A DNA stretch of 46,430 bases, taken from contig JAUVHW010000002.1 in the NCBI GenBank assembly GCA_030593075.1, positions 1-46,430 on the forward strand, written 5' to 3'. Shown in pieces: positions 9,503-17,842 of the stretch (position 1 is its first letter; the number at the start of each line of letters is the position of its first letter). Position numbers and translations under genes: made by a program. Source of the stretch: Ardenticatenales bacterium. GTDB lineage: Bacteria > Chloroflexota > Anaerolineae > Promineifilales > UBA4811. The notes under the pieces are model-generated. The model saw nothing but the letters and a program-made list of their open reading frames with translations, had not been told where the DNA came from and did not search any database.

Positions 9503-9530
9503 ATTATACCAGGCTGCTTGCAGGCGCAAA
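9503..9530 (-). promoter_or_regulatory. Possible etfBA promoter
   Basis: On the minus strand: TTTGCG (9530-9525), a 16-nt spacer, then TATAAT (9508-9503). It sits about 80 nt upstream of the etfB start. Confidence 0.35.
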
Positions 9531-9555
9531 ACAGAGACGGCCCTTGCCCCAGCCT

Positions 9556-9605
9556 GTGCTGGCCCAGCATGTGTTGGCGCAGCACGTGCTGGCGCAGCAT
9601 GTGCC
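9556..9605. repeat. Tandem 15-nt palindromic repeat, about 3.3 copies
   Basis: GTGCTGGCCCAGCAT / GTGTTGGCGCAGCAC / GTGCTGGCGCAGCAT / GTGCC. Each unit is a 6-3-6 inverted repeat (GTGCTG..CAGCAC), and unit junctions form CAGCA(C/T)GTG(C/T)TG palindromes. Confidence 0.85.
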
Positions 9606-9631
9606 CGATGACCAGGGTTGCGCTTGTTGTT

Positions 9632-9660
9632 TTGACCCAATCCTGGCGGCAGGGTATAAT
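9632..9660 (+). promoter_or_regulatory. Sigma-70-type promoter of the Ser/Thr kinase gene
   Basis: TTGACC (9632-9637), a 17-nt spacer, then TATAAT (9655-9660). Followed by AAGGAGG and GGAGAAGG Shine-Dalgarno elements and the ATG at 9706. Confidence 0.6.
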
Positions 9661-9705
9661 CTGCACCCAGGCAAGAGTTTGCCAAGGAGGCCGGAGAAGG
9701 TACGT

Positions 9706-11730
9706 ATGGCAGAATCTCTCATCGGCAAGACAATCGGCAAATACCAGATCGTGGAACACCTGGGGCGCGGGGGAATGGCCGAGGTATACAAAGCCCATCA
9801 GCCAGCCCTGGACCGCTACGTCGCAATCAAGCTCATGCATTCCTTTCTCGCCGACGACAAGGACTTTCTCGGCCGGTTCCAGCGTGAGGCCAGAGCCGTC
9901 GCCAGCCTAAGACACGGCAACATCGTGCGCGTGTACGACTTTGACGTGGCAGACGGCGTTTACTACATGGTGATGGAGTTCATCGATGGTTACACGCTCA
10001 AGGCATTGCTTGAGGGACTCACGGCTAAGGACCAGAGAATGCCGCTCAGGGAAGCGCTCCGCATCACCGAGGATTTGGCCTCTGCTCTGGCGTACGCGGC
10101 CCGGCGGGACATGGTCCACCGGGACGTCAAACCGGCCAACGTGATGATAAACCGTGAGAATCAGGTGATTCTCACGGACTTTGGAATCGCCAAGATTCTG
10201 AGCGGCCCGCAATTCACCGCCAGCGGGGCCATGATCGGTACGCCTGCCTACATGTCCCCGGAGCAGGGGCTCGGAGAAGCAGGTGACGCCCGCAGCGACA
10301 TCTACTCCCTGGGCGTGATGCTTTTCGAGATGTCAACCGGCCGGCGCCCGTTCGATGCTGACACTCCCCTGGCTGTGGTCCTCAAGCACGTCAACGCCCC
10401 TATCCCGATTCCTAGTAGCATCAACCCCGACTTGCCGCCCGACGTGGAGCGGGTTATCCTGAAGGCCATCGCCAAGGAACCCGATGACCGGTATCAGACG
10501 GGCGGTGAGCTCGCAGAGCATCTGGCCATGATTAAGAGGGGAGCCTCTGTCCCCGAAACCGTGTTGGCTGCCAGGGGAGCGGGCGGCGTAATAGACCAGA
10601 AGGCCAGGACTGTAATCGGCGTTCCCTCTGCCACCGTCCAGGCACCGGTGGCACCGCCAACCCGGCGCGGAGGGTGGCCCGCTTGGCTCTGGCTTGCCGT
10701 CGGCGGCGCGGCCGTTGTGCTATTCCTGCTGGGTATCGCGGCCGTGTCTGGCCTCTCCGGTTTCCTGGGGTCGAGAACGCCGACTCCGGCAGTGGCGGGA
10801 GGGACCCCGCGGGCGACCGAGGCCGGACCAGCCTCGACGCCCGCCGGAACCCCTCAGCCAACGGCTACGCCGCTCGACCTGGTTGGTGCTGCGTCAACAG
10901 CCTTGGCGCAGCAGAACGCCACCCTCACCGCCCTGGCTCCTACTGCGTCTCCGACGCCTGTGGTGACCCATACTCCGTCACCCACGTTGACTCCTTCGCC
11001 GACGCCCACGCTGGCGTGCGAGCTTGGCTACGAGCTGATTGCCTATTTCACCTACGGCAACCCAAACAACTACAATAGCAGCCGGAACCAGACTCTGGCC
11101 CCTGTTGACCGACAGTTCTCGTTCACCGCCCGGCTTCTGAACCAGGGCACCTGTGCCTGGCCGGCCGGGACTCAGCTGGTTTTCATTGGCGGAGACGCGC
11201 TAGGGGCCGACGAGGAGATGACGGCCGATTCCGAGACCGAGGTCGGTGACACGGCCGAGTTCGATACTTCGATGACCTCGGGAAGCCAGACTGGGTTGTT
11301 CAGCAGCCACTGGGGGTTGCAGCTGCCGGACGGCACCGAGGTTGGCGACCCGCTTGAGATCAGGGTCCTTGTCTACGAGCCTGCCACGCCCACACCCACC
11401 GCCCCGCCGCAGCCAGTGGCTACGCCTACTTCTGAGCAGACCGGCCCCATCGATTTCAACTGGTTCATCAGCAGTTGCGAGTACATTGGAACCGAGTGGC
11501 GCTGCCTGATGACGGTTACTCCATTCGGGGGGATTGGCGAGCCCTACACCATGTGGGTCTTTGACACCGCGCAGGGCACCCGCTACTATGGCGGGAACCA
11601 GCAGTTCTGGGTGACTGCCCGCCGCTGCTCCCCGTGGATTCATGATATCAAGCTTCAGGACGATGGCGGGAACTCTATCACCAAGGGCGCTTACATCGAT
11701 CCCAATGCCTACTTTTCCTGCACGCCGTAG
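9706..11730 (+). CDS. Transmembrane Ser/Thr protein kinase (Hanks type) with a Cys-containing extracellular domain
   Basis: GRGGMAEVYKA (Gly loop plus Lys), HRDVKPANVMI, DFGIAK and GTPAYMSPEQ. One TM helix (WLWLAVGGAAVVLFLLGIAAV), a Pro/Thr linker, then about 240 aa of extracellular sequence. Start chosen at the ATG at 9706, downstream of the promoter. Confidence 0.9.
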   Translation: MAESLIGKTIGKYQIVEHLGRGGMAEVYKAHQPALDRYVAIKLMHSFLADDKDFLGRFQREARAVASLRHGNIVRVYDFDVADGVYYMVMEFIDGYTLKALLEGLTAKDQRMPLREALRITEDLASALAYAARRDMVHRDVKPANVMINRENQVILTDFGIAKILSGPQFTASGAMIGTPAYMSPEQGLGEAGDARSDIYSLGVMLFEMSTGRRPFDADTPLAVVLKHVNAPIPIPSSINPDLPPDVERVILKAIAKEPDDRYQTGGELAEHLAMIKRGASVPETVLAARGAGGVIDQKARTVIGVPSATVQAPVAPPTRRGGWPAWLWLAVGGAAVVLFLLGIAAVSGLSGFLGSRTPTPAVAGGTPRATEAGPASTPAGTPQPTATPLDLVGAASTALAQQNATLTALAPTASPTPVVTHTPSPTLTPSPTPTLACELGYELIAYFTYGNPNNYNSSRNQTLAPVDRQFSFTARLLNQGTCAWPAGTQLVFIGGDALGADEEMTADSETEVGDTAEFDTSMTSGSQTGLFSSHWGLQLPDGTEVGDPLEIRVLVYEPATPTPTAPPQPVATPTSEQTGPIDFNWFISSCEYIGTEWRCLMTVTPFGGIGEPYTMWVFDTAQGTRYYGGNQQFWVTARRCSPWIHDIKLQDDGGNSITKGAYIDPNAYFSCTP

Positions 11731-11838
11731 CGGTCCGTCAACCTTGGCTCTAGCGGGCACGGCCTCTCGTTCCTCTGCTGACGTGCCCGGCTCGGTTTGG
11801 CCGTCCCGTAGGCAGGGAGCCCTGCAAGCCAGAGGCTG

Positions 11839-12207
11839 GTAGCATAACCCCTTGAGGGCGTCGCGTGAGGGGACGTCGCGCGCGTCTAGGACGGGCGCAA
11901 GGCGCTATGCTACCGGTGGAAATCGTAGCATAACCCTTGAGGGCATCGCGTGAGGGCATGTCGCGCGCGTCCAGGACGGGCACAGGGCCTTATGCTACCG
12001 GTGGAAATCGCAGCATAACCCTTGTGGGCGTCGCGTGAGGGGACGTCGCACGCGTCCAGGACGGGCACAAGGCGTTATGCTACCGGTGGAAATCAAATCG
12101 TAGCATGACCCTTGTGGGCGTCACGCTAGGTCCTCTCTCTCGCACATCCGGAACGGGCACAAGGCCCCACGCTACCGGTGAAAGCCGTAGCATAGCCCCT
12201 CAGAGCG
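11839..12207. repeat. Tandem array of an ~86-bp hairpin-forming unit (4 full copies plus a partial fifth), non-coding
   Basis: Units at 11839-11924, 11925-12009, 12010-12099 and 12100-12186, with a partial unit from 12187. Consensus is roughly GTAGCATAACCCTTG(A/T)GGGCGTCGCGTGAGGGGACGTCGCGCGCGTCCAGGACGGGCACAAGGCGTTATGCTACCGGTGGAAATC. The arms GTAGCATAACCCTTGTG and CACAAGGCGTTATGCTAC are near-perfect inverted repeats. The unit length is not a multiple of 3. Confidence 0.9.
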
Positions 12208-12433
12208 TTGTGACCGAAACCTGACTCCAGGTCATTGGCCTGCCTGGAGCCGATTGCCGCGGCCGGTCGCAGAATAGGGCACGGATTGTGCACCCTGGTA
12301 GACTGTGGCAGAAGACTTGGCGCTCGCAGAAATGGGGACTCGCCTGCCAGGCTCTTGGACCTGGTGCAGGAGCATCACGCACCGCCGGAGCGGTACGGGT
12401 CCTGGCGAGTCGTGACAAGTACGTTCCTGGGTG

Positions 12434-12451
12434 CCGCTGAGCGCTCAGCGG
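12434..12451. promoter_or_regulatory. Perfect 18-bp palindrome upstream of the 12500 gene (candidate operator or hairpin)
   Basis: CCGCTGAGCGCTCAGCGG is a perfect palindrome. It ends 48 nt upstream of the ATG at 12500. Confidence 0.5.
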
Positions 12452-12499
12452 GCCATGCCACCACAGTAAGACGAGCACTGCGCGTGGGGTGAGTGTGGA

Positions 12500-13522
12500 A
12501 TGAGTGCCTACTTTGATCGCCGGCTCCTCGTTGGGCTTGCTGTCGGCATCCTCATAGGCTGGCTCATCATTGGGTGGGTGTTGTGGCCGGTTGAATGGGA
12601 AGACGCCACCCCCTCCCTACTTACCGAGTCCTTTCGCGCCGATTATGTCAAGATGACTGCCGATCTCTACGCCAGCACCACGAACGAGGAAGAGGCTAGA
12701 TACCGAATGCGAGATTGGCGAGGAGGGGCCAGCTACGCGTGCCAACTGGCGAACCTGGCGGTCGAGGGGTCTGACGAGCAGCAACGGCTTCTGAACCTGG
12801 CTCTGGCGGTAGCCCCCGGCGCCACGTGCGAGGAGCTGGCTGTGGCTGCCCCTGCCCAGGAGCGCCGGTCCTTCGCCGCCACCGCTGGCCCATTCCTTGC
12901 GGGCGGGCTCTTGGTTGTGGCCGTGTTGGTGGGCGTCTTTTTCGTCATCTCCCAGCGCGGTACGTCGGAGGGCGTCAAGGAACAAGTGGCGACCGGCGGC
13001 CGGTCGGCCCTGGCGGGAACGACTGGAGGTAGGACGATTCCACTGGCTCAGTTCCCCACCGAGTACAGGATTGGGGATGATGCCTATGATGACTCCTTCT
13101 CCATTGAAACCCCTGCTGGAGATTTCCTCGGTGAGTGTGGCCTGGGCATCTCGGAGACGATCGGCGTGGGCGATCCCAAGAGGGTCACTGCCTTTGAGAT
13201 CTGGCTCTTCGACAAGAATGACATCCGCACTGTAACCAAGGTGATCATGAGTGACCACGCGTATCATGACGCCGCGCTGAGGGCAAAGCTGGCCCCGAAG
13301 GGAGAGGCAGTACTGGCAGCACCCGGCGCAGTCATTGTTCTGGAGACAGCGGCCCTCATCATAAACGCGCGAATCGTCGAGATGGAGTACGGCACCGGCG
13401 AGATTCACGCTGAGAGCTTCTTTGGCCGCCTGGCGGTGGAGTTGGCCACTTGGGCGAAAGAAGATGGACTGCCGGCCGGTGCCAGGGTGCTCGACCAACA
13501 CGAGGACGAGCTTGTTCTCTGA
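12500..13522 (+). CDS. Hypothetical two-TM membrane protein with an uncharacterised C-terminal domain
   Basis: 340-aa ORF. TM helices LLVGLAVGILIGWLIIGWVLW and FLAGGLLVVAVLVGVFFVI. I do not recognise the ~170-aa C-terminal domain (FPTEYRIGDDAYDDSFSIE...). Confidence 0.6.
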   Translation: MSAYFDRRLLVGLAVGILIGWLIIGWVLWPVEWEDATPSLLTESFRADYVKMTADLYASTTNEEEARYRMRDWRGGASYACQLANLAVEGSDEQQRLLNLALAVAPGATCEELAVAAPAQERRSFAATAGPFLAGGLLVVAVLVGVFFVISQRGTSEGVKEQVATGGRSALAGTTGGRTIPLAQFPTEYRIGDDAYDDSFSIETPAGDFLGECGLGISETIGVGDPKRVTAFEIWLFDKNDIRTVTKVIMSDHAYHDAALRAKLAPKGEAVLAAPGAVIVLETAALIINARIVEMEYGTGEIHAESFFGRLAVELATWAKEDGLPAGARVLDQHEDELVL

Positions 13523-13621
13523 TCGAGCTTTGGTTCCAGTACAGAGTTGCCCTGCTCGGGCCGGAGCCGGAGCCGGAACCGGGCTCAGGGTGATTCTGCC
13601 TGGAGAAGTGTGGAGGAAGCC

Positions 13622-14200
13622 ATGTCAAGAAAACTAAAGAGCGCTGCAGTTGGCCTCTTGGCCTTGATTGTGATCTGGGTTATTGCGGTCCTTTTCTGGC
13701 CTGAACCGGCGGCAATGCGAGACGAACACAGTTCGGACTCGGCGATGCCGACCGCTCTGTTGACCGTAGAGACCCCTCCCTCGCCAGCATCCCAGCAGAT
13801 GGAGACGGCTGCACCGCGTCCGACCTTCACGCCCACGCCTGTTATTACTCCTACTCCCGCTCACACCCCCACCCCTACGCCCCGTCCGGACCTCATGCTG
13901 TACGTGCAGCACGAGGTCCAGTCAGGCGAGACGCTTCTGTCCATTGCCAAGCGGCACAACACATCTGCTGCTCTGCTGGCCGCTCATCTGACAGTGGACG
14001 ACATGGCGCTGGGCAGCCTCATAGCGATTCCTGTGCCGAACCCGGATGCCTGCCCCTCGCTGAAAGTGCACATGGTGGAACAGGGCGAGACGCTCTTTCG
14101 AATCTCCCAGCAGTACGGGGTGACCGTAGAGGCCCTCAAGTCGGCCAACGGGCTCACAGAGGACATCATCAGGGCTGGCGATCTGGTCTGCATTCCCTGA
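13622..14200 (+). CDS. Membrane-anchored protein with two LysM domains
   Basis: The ATG at 13622 gives MSRKLKSAAVGLLALIVIWVIAVLFW (signal anchor). A TPTP linker follows. Two LysM-like segments: YVQHEVQSGETLLSIAKRHN... and HMVEQGETLFRISQQYGVTVEALKSANGL. Confidence 0.8.
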   Translation: MSRKLKSAAVGLLALIVIWVIAVLFWPEPAAMRDEHSSDSAMPTALLTVETPPSPASQQMETAAPRPTFTPTPVITPTPAHTPTPTPRPDLMLYVQHEVQSGETLLSIAKRHNTSAALLAAHLTVDDMALGSLIAIPVPNPDACPSLKVHMVEQGETLFRISQQYGVTVEALKSANGLTEDIIRAGDLVCIP

Positions 14201-15110
14201 GCAGGCCCAGTACGGCTGGAGCGATATCGGGCAGACTGCCTATCTGGGCTGCCAGTTGCTCGTGATCCTGGCCCACAGCAACGGTGGGGACGGCGTTCAG
14301 GGTGTGGGTTCGCACTCCGAGGTCTTCGATGTTGCCGTGGTCGCTCGTGATGATGATGGAACCAGCCTCCCAGTCCCAAGTGTCCACTACTCCGGCTAGC
14401 ACCCTGTCGAATCTGTCTAGCGCTTCCACCGCCTGCCGGAACTCCTTTCGATGGCCTATGATGTCGGTGGGCCAATGCTCGAGAAAGACCAGGCTGTGGC
14501 TGCGGGCAACGGCGGCTAGCCGTTCCCCAGCCTCCCAAGGGCTCAGCACCGGCGTCTCTGGGCGGCCGAGCCGTTCGCGCCATCCCTCACCGGTAAAGTC
14601 TGGGCTCACCGCCCTCCCTGCCACAAGGTCCTCGTGGGTAAGCAGCCGAATGCCGGCTGCCCGGGCCGCCAGTGGGATGGCTGGCATGAGGCGGCGTCCA
14701 CTCTTGATGCCTTCAAAGAACTGCGGAGGGTACGGGTTGAGCAAGATAGCTGAGCCTCCCTCAGCCCGCGTCTGCGAAAACAGGTTACCGCTCCTGAGGA
14801 TAGATGCGATGGCAGGAGTCGGTTTGGGCCCGAAATGCCCGCCAACCTCAGCCGGGACGTTTCGGCCGGTCAGCAGAGCCGCCTGTCCGGTGGCGCTCTG
14901 CGGCCTGCCGGGTACGCCGAGGCAAGCGTCGGTGGGTGCCAATGAAGCCATTGGGCCGGTGACTCGCCCCCTTCCCGCCAGGAACCACCCCTCTCCCAGC
15001 AACTCGGTAAGAGTTGGCATGTGGGCGGCGCAGAAGGGGTTGCGCACGGCGTCCGCCTTGCCCAGCCCTACTCCGTCCAGGAAAATGAACAGTAGGTGCC
15101 TCGGACTCAT
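14169..15110 (-). CDS. Alkaline-phosphatase-superfamily metalloenzyme (iPGM/phosphopentomutase-like core)
   Basis: LLFIFLDGVGLG (metal-binding Asp), SATGQAALLTG, and IIITSDHGNIED (the DHG metal site typical of this superfamily). Start set at the ATG at 15110 (MSPRHLLFIF). The upstream 45 codons of the track ORF look non-homologous. The start is uncertain. Confidence 0.6.
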   Translation of the reverse strand: MSPRHLLFIFLDGVGLGKADAVRNPFCAAHMPTLTELLGEGWFLAGRGRVTGPMASLAPTDACLGVPGRPQSATGQAALLTGRNVPAEVGGHFGPKPTPAIASILRSGNLFSQTRAEGGSAILLNPYPPQFFEGIKSGRRLMPAIPLAARAAGIRLLTHEDLVAGRAVSPDFTGEGWRERLGRPETPVLSPWEAGERLAAVARSHSLVFLEHWPTDIIGHRKEFRQAVEALDRFDRVLAGVVDTWDWEAGSIIITSDHGNIEDLGVRTHTLNAVPTVAVGQDHEQLAAQIGSLPDIAPAVLGLLRECRPDRQP

Positions 15111-15243
15111 CTCGCCATTATACACCAGCACCTCCGCGGCGCCACGATTGCCCTTTTCAACCTCGCTAGTATACTTGGCCGAGCTGGGCGCCACCTGGTG
15201 TCCCGGCGGTGCTAGATTCATTGGGCAGAACTTCCGATTGCTC

Positions 15244-16302
15244 ATGAGAACTGCCGAGTTCGATTATTGCCTGCCGCCCGAGTACATCGCACAGGAGCCG
15301 GCCGTGCCTCGCGACAGCTCTAGGCTGATGGTCCTAGACCGCGAAACCGGCCGGGTCGAGCACTGTGTCTTTCGTGGCGTCGGCAGCTACCTGAGGGCCG
15401 GGGATTTGCTAGTACTGAACGACACCAGGGTGATACACGCGCGGCTCTACGCGAAGAAGACCGGCACCGGCGGCCGGGTCGAGATACTGTTGCTGGAGCA
15501 AAAGGGCTCCCTGAGCTGGTTGGCATTGGTCGGTGGCTCCCGTGTGCGCACAGGGACCTCACTGGAACTGCTGGACAAAGAGGGCCAAGCGAGCGGGGTG
15601 CAGGCGAAGATTCGGCGAGAGAGCGCCGGCGCGCAGCGGATTGTGGAGTTTGACCGGCCGAGTGATCAGTGGCTGTGGGAGCTGGGGCATCTTCCGCTTC
15701 CCCCCTACATCCGAGGGTATTCGGGTGATCCGGAGCGCTATCAGACTGTGTTCTCGCGACACGAGGGCAGCGCAGCGGCCACCACGGCCGGGCTCCACTA
15801 CACTCCCGACCTGCTGGAGAACCTGCGCGCGATGGGTGTCAGCATTGGCTATGTCACCCTGAGAATCGGCCTGGACACCTTCAAGCCGATCACGGAGCAG
15901 GACATCTCCCAACACCCAATTCACACCGAGTGGGCACGGCTGAACACAGAGACCGCCCGGCAGGTCAACGAGACAAAGCTGGCGGGCGGCCGAGTAGTGG
16001 CTGTTGGCACAACGGTGGTGCGGGTGCTGGAGACAGCTGCCCTCAGGATGGTCTGCGGCGACAGTGGACCCGGTGAGCGTCCGTGCTGTGCCTTTGAGGG
16101 TCCTACGGACCTCTACATCACGCCCGGCTTTCGTTTCCGCGCTGTAGATGCCATGGTGACCAATTTCCACCTGCCGAGGAGCACCTTACTGGTTCTGGTG
16201 GCTGCCTTTGCTGGCCTACATCAGGTCAAGGATGCCTATCGAATCGCCATCGACCATCGGTATCGGTTCTACAGTTTTGGCGATGCGATGTTGATATTGT
16301 AG
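15244..16302 (+). CDS. queA: S-adenosylmethionine:tRNA ribosyltransferase-isomerase
   Basis: MRTAEFDYCLPPEYIAQEPAVPRDSSRLMVL is the canonical QueA N-terminus, and PLPPYI and GTTVVRVLE are present. The track ORF (from 14284) is an antisense-shadow extension. Confidence 0.9.
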   Translation: MRTAEFDYCLPPEYIAQEPAVPRDSSRLMVLDRETGRVEHCVFRGVGSYLRAGDLLVLNDTRVIHARLYAKKTGTGGRVEILLLEQKGSLSWLALVGGSRVRTGTSLELLDKEGQASGVQAKIRRESAGAQRIVEFDRPSDQWLWELGHLPLPPYIRGYSGDPERYQTVFSRHEGSAAATTAGLHYTPDLLENLRAMGVSIGYVTLRIGLDTFKPITEQDISQHPIHTEWARLNTETARQVNETKLAGGRVVAVGTTVVRVLETAALRMVCGDSGPGERPCCAFEGPTDLYITPGFRFRAVDAMVTNFHLPRSTLLVLVAAFAGLHQVKDAYRIAIDHRYRFYSFGDAMLIL

Positions 16303-16381
16303 TGGAGGCCGGATCGGGAACCCACGCCCTTTTGCAGACGTCTTGTGGATATGACACTATTCTAGGCCAAGGACAATCGCT

Positions 16382-17773
16382 ATGCGCCGCTATTCACTTC
16401 TGCTGGTCGCCGCCCTCCTGGCGGCAGGGCTGAGCTGCAACCTCCCGGGGCGGACTCCCTCATCGCCTGCGCCGCGTTACCTCTCACCCGTGCCACCCAC
16501 CAGCACTCCCACGCCCGAGCCAGAACAGGGAGAGATATGCGTGTGGGCCTACCTGGACAGCAATCGGAATGCCATGCATGATGACGGCGAGCGGCCGCTG
16601 CCTGGCGTGCGCTTCTCAGTCGTGGCTGGGAATGTGGAGGTTGGAGAGCACCTCTCGGATGCCAGCCCGATAGAGTTCTGCTTCCTCAATCTCCCTCCCG
16701 GCGCCTACCTTGTGCAGGCAGAGGCCCCGGACTCGCTGGAAGCCACCAATCCCACGACCCTCAGCATCATGCTTGGTGCCGACGAAAGCCTGCCTGTGGT
16801 GCTGGGCTTCACTGGAACGCCTCCTGCAATAGACGGCCGGATGCCGCTGGCAGAGGCAATAGTGGGGAATACTCCGGACGGGCAGACCCTTTTCCTGGTA
16901 GTGAACGGGCAGCTGCAGCGGTCGGATGATGGAGGGCAGAGCTGGAATGAAGTGGGGGAGCGCCCACCCGCCAGCCACCTGGTGGTCAGCGAGGCTGATC
17001 CGGATCTGCTGTTTGCCGGCGACGGATTTCCCTGTCTGCGGGGCGGACCCTCTGCGCCGTTGTTCATCAGCTCGGACGGTGGCGGCAACTGGAGGGAGTC
17101 GCCGGGCGGGGCGGATCTTCTTCCGACGGCAGCGCATCCCACGGACCCAGCCGTTGCCTGGGCGGTGGGCTGCGATGGCGTGTACCGCTCCGATGACGGG
17201 GGCAACACCTGGCAGCTCCAACCGGCCGCGGCATGGGGCCTCTACCTGCCTGAGATTGTCTTGCCGGTGGCTGCACAGCCAAGGACGCTGTACGCCAGCG
17301 GCAACTCGGAAGGGGGAAGCGGTGCCCTGCTTCGCTCCGACGATGGCGGCGATAGCTGGCGGGTAATTACCGAGGAGTTGGGCCTTTGGATCACCTCAGT
17401 TCTGGTGAATCCTGATGACCCTGATGAGGTATGGTTTGTCACTCCAGCTGGAGTGTGGCGCACTCAGGATGGCGGGGCCGCCTGGTCGAGTTCGGCAGCC
17501 GGCCTGGAGCAGGTGGCGGTAGGTGACGACATGCAGTTCGAGGGCAAGGGACTCTATACGCTGGCTCGGGCACCATCTGGGCTCCTTCTCCTCGGGACCG
17601 CACGCGGTGTTTTCGAGAGCCGTGACGGGGGGTCAAGCTGGAGCCCACAGACTGCCGCACCGTGGGGTCAAGAGCCTGTTTCCCACCTGACTGTCACCGC
17701 CGCCTGGCCCACGATTCGTCTGTGGGCGGCGGCCGAGTCGGGTGTCTACATCTATACTCCTGGCGGCCCGTAG
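16382..17773 (+). CDS. Secreted BNR/Asp-box repeat beta-propeller protein (Ycf48/sialidase-like fold)
   Basis: Signal peptide MRRYSLLLVAALLAAGLSC. Six Asp-box-like repeats: SDDGGQSWNE, SSDGGGNWRE, SDDGGNTWQL, SDDGGDSWRV, TQDGGAAWSS and SRDGGSSWSP. Confidence 0.75.
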   Translation: MRRYSLLLVAALLAAGLSCNLPGRTPSSPAPRYLSPVPPTSTPTPEPEQGEICVWAYLDSNRNAMHDDGERPLPGVRFSVVAGNVEVGEHLSDASPIEFCFLNLPPGAYLVQAEAPDSLEATNPTTLSIMLGADESLPVVLGFTGTPPAIDGRMPLAEAIVGNTPDGQTLFLVVNGQLQRSDDGGQSWNEVGERPPASHLVVSEADPDLLFAGDGFPCLRGGPSAPLFISSDGGGNWRESPGGADLLPTAAHPTDPAVAWAVGCDGVYRSDDGGNTWQLQPAAAWGLYLPEIVLPVAAQPRTLYASGNSEGGSGALLRSDDGGDSWRVITEELGLWITSVLVNPDDPDEVWFVTPAGVWRTQDGGAAWSSSAAGLEQVAVGDDMQFEGKGLYTLARAPSGLLLLGTARGVFESRDGGSSWSPQTAAPWGQEPVSHLTVTAAWPTIRLWAAAESGVYIYTPGGP

Positions 17774-17842
17774 GTCTGGCCCAGCGTCCGCCCCCGCGCG
17801 CTAGCCGATTCTCTCCCCACAGAGAGACAGCTGCATCTCAAG

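Noticed and set aside
9544-9705. N-terminal extension of the kinase ORF encoding (LAQHV)x3
   Set aside because: The in-frame upstream stretch contains the TTGACC-17-TATAAT promoter and two Shine-Dalgarno elements just before the ATG at 9706. The kinase domain starts immediately after 9706. The peptide repeat is a by-product of the DNA palindrome array.
11839-12207. The repeat array as a CRISPR array
   Set aside because: The whole ~86-bp period is conserved between copies, so there are no unique spacers. The unit is far longer than a CRISPR repeat. No cas genes are in the window.
11839-12207. The repeat units as integron attC sites (GCATAAC ... GTTATGC resembles the R''/R' cores GCCTAAC ... 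GTTAGGC, with a bulged base in the stem)
   Set aside because: The units are directly abutting with no gene cassettes between them. The core deviates from RYYYAAC/GTTRRRY. No integrase is present. The resemblance is noted only as something to test with an attC covariance model.
14284-15243. 5' extension of queA, giving a 672-aa ORF
   Set aside because: The canonical QueA N-terminus begins at the ATG at 15244. The extension is antisense to the phosphatase-superfamily gene and is Ser/Arg/Pro-rich.
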